Below, piece after piece: positions 1 through 8,346 of a DNA stretch of 64,000 nucleotides. This DNA comes from an uncultured Clostridia bacterium. Its GTDB lineage: Bacteria; Bacillota; Clostridia; HGM11514. Below the pieces are notes generated by a model, which worked only from the letters and a program-made list of their open reading frames with translations, was not told the DNA's origin and made no database searches. Numbering within the stretch: position 1 is the stretch's first letter; each line of letters starts with the position of its first letter. The position numbers and the translations under genes are program-made. Where the stretch lies: positions 12,667 through 76,666 of the forward strand of contig CAKSKB010000002.1 of the NCBI GenBank assembly GCA_934464705.1, given 5' to 3'.

Positions 1-203
1 CTGCATTTGGGAACAATCATACCCCCGACTGGAATGACTTTGATTATTTTCTGCGCGAAAGGTGCATTCCGGAAACGAGGGACGGGCTCAAAATATATCT
101 TGAACAGATTGGCGTTTCAGAGTTTGACCCGTTTGAAATAATTTTGGTTACAAAGGGGCGCATGGCAGAGGACGGACAGCATTTAGAGGTTGAGGATGTC
201 TGA
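1..203 (+). CDS. 3' end of an ORF entering from the left edge; its C-terminus resembles the N-terminal subdomain of long HipA kinases (HipS-like partner)
   Basis: Frame 3 is open from the window edge to TGA 201-203 (...WNDFDYFLRERCIPETRDGLKIYLEQIGVSEFDPFEIILVTKGRMAEDGQHLEVEDV*). The stop overlaps the next start (TGATG). The pattern F-x5-P-x2-R ... FDP ... GR-x2-D parallels the FFxNLLP...FDLL..IGRD segment of the HipA N-terminus (recalled, not searched). Confidence 0.4.
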   Translation, partial: AFGNNHTPDWNDFDYFLRERCIPETRDGLKIYLEQIGVSEFDPFEIILVTKGRMAEDGQHLEVEDV

Positions 204-1018
204 TGAAAATTAAACTTATAAGTGATAAGAAAATTGCCGAAACTTCATCAAAGGGGAATCAGGAAAAGTGGTTTGATGAATCGGCAAACAAATGGTACAA
301 ACTTGACCAATACGGGTATGAGGCAGCCGCAGAGGCTGTTGCCTCGAGGCTTGCAAAGCTTGGAAACATACAAAAATTCGGATATGTAAAGTATTATGTT
401 GAATCTGTTGAAGTGCATGGGTATAAAAGGCTTGCAAGCGTATCGGAGGGTTTTCTCGGTGCAGGGTGCTCAATAATAACTTTGAATCAGCTTTTGTCAA
501 AGGCTGACGGAAAACCGCTTGTAACGGTTCTTGCTAAACTTTCGAGTAACAAAAAAAGGATTGAGTATATTGCCGAGAAAACAGCGGAAGTTACAGGACT
601 TAAAGATTTTCCGAAGTATCTTACGATGCTTTTTGAATTTGACGGTTTGATATTAAATACGGACCGCCACCTTAACAATATTGCTGTGATCGAAAAGTCC
701 GGAAAATATGATTACTGTCCGTTTTTTGATAACGGTGCAGCGTTTCTTTCGGATACGAGGATTTATCCGATGGATATTTTACCGAAAGCGCTGATAAGCT
801 CTGCTGTGGCATTGCCGTTTTCAACTACATTTAACAGGCAGATAAATATTTGTCGTGAACTTTACGGCAAACAGCTTGAAATGCCGGAACTTGACAGAAA
901 AACAATATCCGCAATTGCCGAACCGTTTATTGAGTTTTACCCGAAAAGAGACAAAAGTCTTATATCGGGCAGAATAACCGAGTGCATATTAATAAGGCAG
1001 AAAAAACAATTACAGTAA
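203..1018 (+). CDS. HipA-like Ser/Thr kinase core (short form, 271 aa, lacks the HipA N-terminal subdomain)
   Basis: GNQEKW matches the HipA GAQEK ATP-binding/autophosphorylation loop. NTDRHLNNIAV matches the catalytic D-x-H-x-x-N loop. FFDNGAAF is a likely metal-binding Asp motif. The ATG overlaps the upstream stop. Confidence 0.7.
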   Translation: MKIKLISDKKIAETSSKGNQEKWFDESANKWYKLDQYGYEAAAEAVASRLAKLGNIQKFGYVKYYVESVEVHGYKRLASVSEGFLGAGCSIITLNQLLSKADGKPLVTVLAKLSSNKKRIEYIAEKTAEVTGLKDFPKYLTMLFEFDGLILNTDRHLNNIAVIEKSGKYDYCPFFDNGAAFLSDTRIYPMDILPKALISSAVALPFSTTFNRQINICRELYGKQLEMPELDRKTISAIAEPFIEFYPKRDKSLISGRITECILIRQKKQLQ

Positions 1019-1024
1019 AACAAT

Positions 1025-1050
1025 CCCGGGCAGTTTTGAAACTGCCCGGG
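1025..1050. terminator. Bidirectional stem-loop between convergent genes
   Basis: CCCGGGCAG-N8-CTGCCCGGG, a perfect 9-bp GC-rich stem between the HipA-like gene (+) and the zinc-ribbon gene (-). Confidence 0.6.
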
Positions 1051-1073
1051 ACATTTTATATGTATTTTGATTT

Positions 1074-1571
1074 TTAACCCATATAATCCCATTCATCGCC
1101 GATGAGCAATTTTGTAATCATCGGGAATACAACCATTACGGGAATCATAAGTATACCGAGGACGCTTCCGCCGTAGAAGAAGAAGTAAAAGCTGCACACG
1201 CAGAGCGCCGTAACCATCAGCACACCGTAAAGGAACTGCTTCTTTGACGAAAGAAGAATAAGGTACACAAACGAATAAAGTATAATAACCGCACCGATAA
1301 GAACGAGGCAGATATTAAAGCCTGTGTTTACTATTTCAAATGTCAGACCGTTTGCAAAGCTGAGCTCGATATCCGGGCTCTGCCCCATAACGCCGAGAAT
1401 GAAATACGCCGCACCGAGCGCAAGGTTGAAGATGAACGAAATAACCATCCATGCTGTGGCGGAGGGTTTGAATTTTGCTCCTCTTCTTTTATCTGTAAAA
1501 GAATCATGACCGCACTTCGGGCAGACCTTTTCACTGTTGCTTACAATTTTTCCGCATTTTTCACAATACAT
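1074..1571 (-). CDS. Zinc-ribbon membrane protein
   Basis: Begins MYCEKCGKIVSNSEKVCPKCG (CxxC-N10-CxxC), followed by about four hydrophobic helices. Start moved to the internal ATG at 1571, which has GGAGGAAAAACTT upstream. Confidence 0.6.
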   Translation of the reverse strand: MYCEKCGKIVSNSEKVCPKCGHDSFTDKRRGAKFKPSATAWMVISFIFNLALGAAYFILGVMGQSPDIELSFANGLTFEIVNTGFNICLVLIGAVIILYSFVYLILLSSKKQFLYGVLMVTALCVCSFYFFFYGGSVLGILMIPVMVVFPMITKLLIGDEWDYMG

Positions 1572-1707
1572 AAGTTTTTCCTCCAAAATAATATCGCCTG
1601 CCGAAAAAACCGTCCGGCGTATAAACATAAAATGATATTATAATAATAACATAAACAGCTGCCATTTGTCAACAAGCTATGAGAAAATTTTTCAAATATT
1701 TTATATT

Positions 1708-2349
1708 TTATGCCCTTGCAGCTTTGATTTTTTCGACAAATTGCTTAGCTGTTTCGGTAATAAGCTTATAGTCGCCCGTTTTTGCACCGCCGGTTAAGCA
1801 TCCGCCTGCGCCTACGGCAACAACTCCGTTTTTGAACCACTGCTCCACATTGTCAAGGCTTACGCCGCCGGTAGGCATGATTTTTGCCTGCGGAACAGGT
1901 CCGTGAAGCGCTTTAACCATTTTGGGCCCGAACGCATCGCCCGGAAAAAGCTTAACAATATCTGCGCCGTATTCCATTGCTTCAATCATTTCCTTAACCG
2001 TCATAACGCCCGGCATACAGGGTATTGCGTAGCGGTTGCAGCACTTAAGAGTATTGATGTCGAGGTAAGGGCTTACGATATACTGTGCGCCCGAAAGAAT
2101 GGCTACTCTTGCGGTTTCGGAATCCAAAACCGTTCCTGCGCCGACAATCATTTCGCCGTTTTTATATTCATCACAGAGCGCCTCGATGATTTTGTGAGCC
2201 TTCGGCACGGTAAATGTCATTTCGATTGCGCTGATTCCGCCTTCAAGGCATGCATCCGCAATGCGTTTTGCCTGGTCCTCGCTGTCCGCTCTTACAACGG
2301 CAACTATACCTGTTTCACAAATTTTGGTAATAACTTTTTGCTTATCCAT
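1708..2349 (-). CDS. eda: 2-dehydro-3-deoxyphosphogluconate / 4-hydroxy-2-oxoglutarate aldolase (KDPG aldolase family)
   Basis: GIVAVVR...GGISAIEMTFTVP...GAGTVL...IVSP...PGVMT..E...A...GADIVKLFPG is the typical Eda/DgoA TIM-barrel signature. Start placed at MDKQK. Confidence 0.85.
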   Translation of the reverse strand: MDKQKVITKICETGIVAVVRADSEDQAKRIADACLEGGISAIEMTFTVPKAHKIIEALCDEYKNGEMIVGAGTVLDSETARVAILSGAQYIVSPYLDINTLKCCNRYAIPCMPGVMTVKEMIEAMEYGADIVKLFPGDAFGPKMVKALHGPVPQAKIMPTGGVSLDNVEQWFKNGVVAVGAGGCLTGGAKTGDYKLITETAKQFVEKIKAARA

Positions 2350-2497
2350 AGTAACAACTCCCAAATAAATTATATATCATATTACCTATTTTATCACAGA
2401 TTTAACTAAATGTAAACGGTTTTATTGACTTTTTTAAAAAAAAATGTTAACATATAATATATAAGTAAATTTTTAAGACATATTTGGGGTTGTTAAT

Positions 2498-3493
2498 GTG
2501 AATATACTTGCCATAGAATCTTCGTGCGACGAAACTGCGGCAGCAGTTGTGCGTGACGGCAGAGAGGTTTTGAGCGATATTATTGCGACCTCTGCCGACC
2601 TTCACAAAAAATACGGCGGAGTGGTTCCGGAAATCGCTTCGAGAAAGCACATGGAATATATTAATACTGTCATTGATGAAGCGGTGAGCAGCGCCGGGCT
2701 TGCTCTTTCGGACATAGACGCCGTTGCGGTTACCTACGGACCGGGTCTTATAGGTGCGCTGCTGGTCGGCGTTTCGGCGGCAAAGGCGCTTGCGTTTGCG
2801 CTTAAAAAGCCTCTTATTGCGGTTCATCATATAAAAGCGCACATCAGCGCAAACTATATAGAACATCCGGAGCTGAAGCCCCCATTTGCCGGGCTTGTTG
2901 CCTCCGGAGGACACAGTCATATTGTTCTTGCAAAAGACTACATGGATTTTGAAGTTCTCGGCAGAACCCGTGATGACGCCGCCGGCGAAGCTTTCGACAA
3001 GGTGGCAAGGGTAATCGGAATCGGCTACCCCGGCGGACCGCTGCTTGAAAAGCTTGCGAAATCGGGAAATCCGTCGGCGTTTGATTTTCCGAGGGTTAAG
3101 TTTGATAATTTTGATTTCAGCTTCAGCGGTGTAAAAACCGCAGTTATAAATACAGTACACAAAGCGGCGCAGAAAAACGAAACCGTAAACAGTGCAGACC
3201 TTGCGGCGTCTTTTCAGGAGGCGGTTACCGATGTTTTGGCTGACCACACAATTGCGGCGGCAAAATCGGCAGGCGTCAAAACGGTTGCAATGGCAGGCGG
3301 CGTTGCCGCAAACGGTTATCTGCGGGATAAGTTTTCCGGACGGTGCAAAGCGGCGGGCATGGAGTTCCTTTACCCGAGGCCCCGTTTCTGCACGGACAAT
3401 GCGGTTATGGTCGGCTGTGCGGCATATTTCCTTGCGCAAAAGGGCGAATTTGCCGATATGTCCCTTAACGCTTACGCAACGCTTCCGTTTTAG
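2498..3493 (+). CDS. tsaD: tRNA N6-adenosine threonylcarbamoyltransferase TsaD (Gcp/Kae1)
   Basis: [18 protein letters not shown]...HHIKAHI...ASGGHS...GYPGGP are hallmark TsaD motifs. GTG start. Confidence 0.95.
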   Translation: MNILAIESSCDETAAAVVRDGREVLSDIIATSADLHKKYGGVVPEIASRKHMEYINTVIDEAVSSAGLALSDIDAVAVTYGPGLIGALLVGVSAAKALAFALKKPLIAVHHIKAHISANYIEHPELKPPFAGLVASGGHSHIVLAKDYMDFEVLGRTRDDAAGEAFDKVARVIGIGYPGGPLLEKLAKSGNPSAFDFPRVKFDNFDFSFSGVKTAVINTVHKAAQKNETVNSADLAASFQEAVTDVLADHTIAAAKSAGVKTVAMAGGVAANGYLRDKFSGRCKAAGMEFLYPRPRFCTDNAVMVGCAAYFLAQKGEFADMSLNAYATLPF

Positions 3494-3608
3494 TTTGACA
3501 TAATTATCACAAATGCAAAAAGTTATGTTAACCCAACATATATGGCTGCAGATTACGGGCGGTTTCGACGAAATATGCGTCGGCATAGCATAACTCAAAC
3601 TGCAAAAA

Positions 3609-3698
3609 TGTGGATAACTTTCCAAAACGGCATAAAAAAAGGGTTGTCAATGTGAATAACTTTGTGGATATGTGGATTTGTGCTCGCAGTTATCCACA
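3609..3698. promoter_or_regulatory. Cluster of five DnaA-box-like 9-mers
   Basis: TGTGGATAA 3609-3617 (perfect reverse complement of TTATCCACA); TGTGAATAA 3651-3659 (1 mismatch); TGTGGATAT 3663-3671 (1 mismatch); TGTGGATTT 3671-3679 (1 mismatch); TTATCCACA 3690-3698 (perfect, opposite orientation). Confidence 0.6.
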
Positions 3699-3730
3699 AT
3701 CGCGGCGAATTTTTATACTAAGATGAAAAA

Positions 3731-3744
3731 CACAATATATTGTG
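3731..3744. promoter_or_regulatory. Perfect 14-bp palindrome upstream of rex (operator-like, binding factor unknown)
   Basis: CACAATATATTGTG lies 72 nt upstream of the rex start. Half-site order is inverted relative to the TTGTGAA-N6-TTCACAA Rex consensus, so no Rex assignment is made. Confidence 0.25.
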
Positions 3745-3815
3745 CATTATTAATTAAATCAAGCATTTAAGGCATTTTTTGATTGTTACCATAATATTTT
3801 CTATGGAGGCTTACA

Positions 3816-4463
3816 GTGGAAATTAAAAATGTACCCTCAGCGGTTATAAAAAGACTTCCGAGATACTACCGTTTTCTCGAGGAGTTGAAAAAAAGCGATG
3901 TTAACAGAATCTCTTCAAGAGAACTGAGCGAACGCATGGGCGTTACCGCTTCGCAGATCCGCCAGGATCTGAACTTCTTCGGCGGATTCGGTCAGCAGGG
4001 CTACGGCTACAATATTGAATATCTTTACAACGAAATAGGTAACATCCTCGGCGTCAACACTCCTACGCCGGTTATTATTATCGGTGCGGGCAATCTCGGG
4101 CAGGCGCTTGCGAAGTACCCGTCATTCAAAAAGCGTGGATTTATCATTAAGGCAATGTTCGATGTTGCGCCTGCGGTTGTCGGAACAACCGTTGCGGATA
4201 TACCGGTTTATCATACCGATACGCTTGAGGACTATATGAGCAAAAATGAGGTCAGCATTGCGGTTCTCACGCTCACCAAGACTGCGGCGCCGGCGGTCGC
4301 AAAACGCCTTTGCGCCTGCGGAATAAAGGGTATTATGAACTTTTCGTACATCGATCTCGGCATACCCGACGATATTGCGGTTGAAAATGTGCATATGAGC
4401 GACAGTCTTATGACGCTTTCATATAAAATTACGAATGGAGTCATGAAGGGGGACAAGAAATGA
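3816..4463 (+). CDS. rex: Redox-sensing transcriptional repressor Rex
   Basis: VIKRLPRYYRFL...ISSRELSERMGVTASQIRQDLNFFGGFGQQGYGYNI plus a Rossmann IIGAGNLGQAL motif. GTG start. Confidence 0.9.
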   Translation: MEIKNVPSAVIKRLPRYYRFLEELKKSDVNRISSRELSERMGVTASQIRQDLNFFGGFGQQGYGYNIEYLYNEIGNILGVNTPTPVIIIGAGNLGQALAKYPSFKKRGFIIKAMFDVAPAVVGTTVADIPVYHTDTLEDYMSKNEVSIAVLTLTKTAAPAVAKRLCACGIKGIMNFSYIDLGIPDDIAVENVHMSDSLMTLSYKITNGVMKGDKK

Positions 4464-5893
4464 ATATTTTATTTTGTGCATCGGAATGTTTTCCGTTTTT
4501 TAAGTCCGGAGGTCTGGGCGATGTTGCGTATTCGCTTCCCCGCGCGCTTGTGAAGCAGGGCGTGGATATAAGGGTTATTTCTCCCAAATATCAGGATATG
4601 CCGGAGGAATACAAGCAAAAACTTGAACTTATTGCAGAGTTTTCGGTTCCGGTGGGCTGGCGGCAGCAGTATGTGGGGCTTCTTCACACACAGATGGACG
4701 GGGTTCATTTTTACTTTATCGACAATGAATATTACTTCAAAAGAGGCGGCGCTTACGGATATTACGACGACGGCGAAAGATTTGCTTTCCTTTCCCGTGC
4801 GATGGTCGAGGCGGCAAAGCATATTCCGGATTTTGTTCCCGGAATCATGCACTGCAACGACTGGCAGACGGCTCTTGTACCTCTGTTTTTAAGACATTTC
4901 TATAATTCCGACCCGATTCTTTGGAACACAAAAACAATATTTACAATTCACAATCTGAAATTCCAGGGCGTGTTCTCGCCGGAGGTGCTGACGGAACTTC
5001 TCGGTGTGGATATGGGTTATAATACCGAGGATAAAATGAAATACTATGACGGTGTATCATACATGAAGGCGGGAATTGTTTTCTCCGACCGCGTCACGAC
5101 CGTCAGCAAAACTTACGCCTCGGAAATCCAGACCGAATTCTACGGCGAGGGTCTTGACGGGCTTTTAAGGCAGTACAGCTACAAGCTGAGCGGTATTGTG
5201 AACGGCATTGATTATTCGGTATTTTCGCCCTCTAAGGACAAAGAGATTTTTAAGAAATATTCAATAAAAAGCATCGGCGGAAAGCTTGTAAACAAAACCG
5301 AACTTCAAAAAATGCTCGGGCTTGAGGAAAATCCGCAAAAGCCTTTAATCGGTATAATTTCCCGTCTTGAAAAACAAAAGGGACTTGACCTTGTCGCAAG
5401 AATTTTCGACGAACTTATGGCGGTTACCGACGCTCAGATGGTGATTCTGGGTACGGGAAACCGCGGCTACGAGGATATGCTCAAATATTTTGACTACAAA
5501 TATAAAGGAAGAGTTTCTGCTAACATAATGTTTTCAAACGCTCTTTCCAAAAGAATCTATTCCGGCTGCGATATGTTGCTTATGCCCTCGCTTTTTGAAC
5601 CCTGCGGTTTAAGTCAGCTTATTGCGCTCCGATACGGAACCATCCCGATTGTAAGGGAAACGGGCGGTCTTAAAGACACGGTTATACCGTACAATGAGTT
5701 TGAAATGACCGGCAACGGCTTCTCGTTCGCCAATTTCAACGCCCACGAAATGCTTGGGGTTATTCGTTATGCAATCGATATCTACAACCGTCCCGAGCAC
5801 TGGAAAAAGATTGTTGAGAACGCAATGAATTCCGATTACAGCTTCGATAAATCGGCAGTGGAATACATTGAGCTTTATAAAGGACTTGAATAA
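4460..5893 (+). CDS. glgA: Glycogen synthase (GT5)
   Basis: ASECFPFFKSGGLGDV...HCNDWQTAL...IHNL.FQG...SRL..QKG...EPCGL.QL...YG are GlgA motifs. The ATG overlaps the rex stop (ATGA). Confidence 0.9.
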   Translation: MNILFCASECFPFFKSGGLGDVAYSLPRALVKQGVDIRVISPKYQDMPEEYKQKLELIAEFSVPVGWRQQYVGLLHTQMDGVHFYFIDNEYYFKRGGAYGYYDDGERFAFLSRAMVEAAKHIPDFVPGIMHCNDWQTALVPLFLRHFYNSDPILWNTKTIFTIHNLKFQGVFSPEVLTELLGVDMGYNTEDKMKYYDGVSYMKAGIVFSDRVTTVSKTYASEIQTEFYGEGLDGLLRQYSYKLSGIVNGIDYSVFSPSKDKEIFKKYSIKSIGGKLVNKTELQKMLGLEENPQKPLIGIISRLEKQKGLDLVARIFDELMAVTDAQMVILGTGNRGYEDMLKYFDYKYKGRVSANIMFSNALSKRIYSGCDMLLMPSLFEPCGLSQLIALRYGTIPIVRETGGLKDTVIPYNEFEMTGNGFSFANFNAHEMLGVIRYAIDIYNRPEHWKKIVENAMNSDYSFDKSAVEYIELYKGLE

Positions 5894-5904
5894 TTTGGAG
5901 AGGA

Positions 5905-8346
5905 GTGATTCATTTGGCAATCACAAAGGAAAGAATACAGAAGGATTTTATCAGCAAGCTTTGCTCCATGTACGCCTGCGGTGTGGAGGATTCGTCAAAG
6001 CTTCAGCAGTACAACGCAATAGGCTCTGTACTGAAGGACTACATCTCGGTTGACTGGAAAAATTCAAAGGAACAGTACGCAAAGGGAAAAGCAAAAAAAA
6101 TCTATTATTTTTCCCTCGAATTTCTGACGGGTAAATTTCTTGACACCAACATGATAAGTCTTAACATTAAACCGCAGGTTAAAGAGGCGCTTGCGGAACT
6201 CGGAATAGACATCGAGGAACTCCGTAAAATGGAAATTGAACAGGGTCTCGGAAACGGCGGTCTCGGAAGGCTTGCCGCTTGCTTTATGGATTCCATGAGC
6301 TCAACGGAAATTCCGGCAATGGGCATGGGCATAAGATACCGCTACGGACTTTTTAAACAGAAAATCGTTGACGGATACCAGGTGGAACAGTCCGACGACT
6401 GGCTTAAAAACAGGAATGTATGGGAAGTCAGAAGAACCGATGAGGCGGTTAAGGTTAAGTTCGGCGGCAGAGTAAACATCTGGGGAGAGAACGGAAAATA
6501 CAAAATCGACTTCACGGATTACGATGAAATTCTTGCCGTTCCTTACGATACGCCGATTAAGGGATACGACAATCACAATGTAAACACGCTCCGTCTGTGG
6601 AAGGCGGAGGTTATCGACGATGATACATTCGACTACAGAACCTTTGCCTCTGGCGACTACATGAAGGCTATTGAAAAGCGCTCAAATGCAGAGTTTATTT
6701 CTTATGCGCTTTATCCCGACGATTCCAACGAAAACGGAAAACGCATGAGAATCCGCCAGGAATACTTCTTCGTAAGCGCAGGCTGTCAGAGCATTATCCG
6801 CGAACACAAAAAGAACGGGCTTCCCGTTAACAAGCTGCACGAATATGTTGCAATTCAGATTAACGATACGCATCCCGCAATGGCGGTTGCGGAGCTTATG
6901 AGGCTGCTTATGGACGAAGAGGGCATCGAGTGGGACGAGGCTTGGTACATTACCACGCACACAATCGCTTACACAAACCACACCATCATGGCGGAGGCTC
7001 TGGAAAAATGGGGAGTTTCGTATATCAGCTCGATTGTTCCGAGAATTTATCAGATTATCGAGGAAATCGACAGAAGGTTCCGTGCTTTTCTTGCGGAAAG
7101 ATTCAACAACGATTATCAGAAAATTGAGTCCATGGCGGTTATTTCCGACGGTAAAATCCGTATGGCTCATCTTGCAATCGTTGGTGGTTACAGCGTAAAC
7201 GGCGTTGCGTGGCTGCACACGGAAATTCTTAAAAATAAAGAGCTGCACTCTTTCTATGAGATTTATCCCGAAAAGTTCAACAACAAAACTAACGGTATAA
7301 CCCACAGAAGGTGGCTCATCAGCGCAAATCCTGCCCTCTCAAACGCAATTACCGAAAAAATCGGCAAGGACTGGGTTAAGGATACCTCTATAATGGAGGA
7401 GCTTCTCAAGTTTGCCGATGATAAACAGTTCCTTGAAAAGCTCAGCGATATCAAGTACACAAACAAGGTTCGCCTTGCAGAGTATATAAAGGAAACAACC
7501 GGTATCGAGGTTGACCCCCGGGCGGTATTCAATGTACAGGTCAAGAGAATGCACGGCTACAAACGGCAGCTTCTGAGCATTCTTTATGTTATCAAGCTTT
7601 ACAACGACCTTCTTGCAAATCCGGATCTTGACATCTGCCCCAAGGTGTTTATTTACGGTGCAAAGGCGTATCCTTCATACAAGCTTGCAAAAGAGGTTAT
7701 AAAGCTTATAAACTCGGTTGCGGACAAAATTAACAATGACGAACGCATAAAAGGCAAGGTTAAAGTGGTATTTCTGGAGAATTACTGCGTTGATCTGGCA
7801 GAAAAGATTATCCCTGCCGCAGATGTCAGCCTTCAGATTTCTACCGCTTCAAAAGAGGCTTCCGGCACAGGAAACATGAAGCTTATGATGAACGGCGCAA
7901 TTACGCTTGCAACCATGGACGGTGCAAATGTCGAGATTTTCCGCGAGGTAGGCGAGGACAACATCGTTATTTTCGGCATGAGCTCAGACGAGGTTATCAA
8001 CAGACCTGCCGATTACAGCGCAAGGAGAATCCTGGAGAACAACCCGGCACTTGCAAACGCGGTAAATCAGATTCAGAACGGATTTTTCGGTGTTCCGAAC
8101 GCTGAATTTTTTGAGGTTATTAACGACATCACGAATTCAAACGACCCCTTCTGCGTGCTCGGCGATTTTGACGCTTTCTGCAAAGCTGAGGATATCATGG
8201 ACAAAAAATACCGTGATACCGACGGCTGGAGAAAATCAATGCTTGTGAACATCGCAAAATCCGGCGTATTTTCAAGCGATAACACCATAAGAAATTACGC
8301 CGAGGAAATCTGGAATATTCCGCCGTTTGAGGTGAAAGGCGAATGA
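5905..8346 (+). CDS. glgP: Alpha-glucan (glycogen/maltodextrin) phosphorylase (GT35)
   Basis: YFSLEFL.G...GLGNGGLGRLAACF...NDTHPA...NGVA.LH...TNG.T.RRW...EASGTGNMK (PLP-lysine motif). Confidence 0.9.
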   Translation: MIHLAITKERIQKDFISKLCSMYACGVEDSSKLQQYNAIGSVLKDYISVDWKNSKEQYAKGKAKKIYYFSLEFLTGKFLDTNMISLNIKPQVKEALAELGIDIEELRKMEIEQGLGNGGLGRLAACFMDSMSSTEIPAMGMGIRYRYGLFKQKIVDGYQVEQSDDWLKNRNVWEVRRTDEAVKVKFGGRVNIWGENGKYKIDFTDYDEILAVPYDTPIKGYDNHNVNTLRLWKAEVIDDDTFDYRTFASGDYMKAIEKRSNAEFISYALYPDDSNENGKRMRIRQEYFFVSAGCQSIIREHKKNGLPVNKLHEYVAIQINDTHPAMAVAELMRLLMDEEGIEWDEAWYITTHTIAYTNHTIMAEALEKWGVSYISSIVPRIYQIIEEIDRRFRAFLAERFNNDYQKIESMAVISDGKIRMAHLAIVGGYSVNGVAWLHTEILKNKELHSFYEIYPEKFNNKTNGITHRRWLISANPALSNAITEKIGKDWVKDTSIMEELLKFADDKQFLEKLSDIKYTNKVRLAEYIKETTGIEVDPRAVFNVQVKRMHGYKRQLLSILYVIKLYNDLLANPDLDICPKVFIYGAKAYPSYKLAKEVIKLINSVADKINNDERIKGKVKVVFLENYCVDLAEKIIPAADVSLQISTASKEASGTGNMKLMMNGAITLATMDGANVEIFREVGEDNIVIFGMSSDEVINRPADYSARRILENNPALANAVNQIQNGFFGVPNAEFFEVINDITNSNDPFCVLGDFDAFCKAEDIMDKKYRDTDGWRKSMLVNIAKSGVFSSDNTIRNYAEEIWNIPPFEVKGE

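Noticed and set aside
2447-3625. 392-aa ORF on the minus strand
   Set aside because: It lies entirely antisense to the well-supported tsaD gene. The translation is Arg/Cys/Lys-rich with no motif, a typical shadow ORF.
3600-3815. The DnaA-box cluster plus adjacent AT-rich DNA read as the chromosomal origin oriC
   Set aside because: No dnaA, dnaN, rpmH or rnpA gene is nearby and the flanking genes are not the usual origin neighbourhood. A secondary DnaA-box cluster is the more conservative reading. Only genome-wide GC skew can exclude oriC fully.
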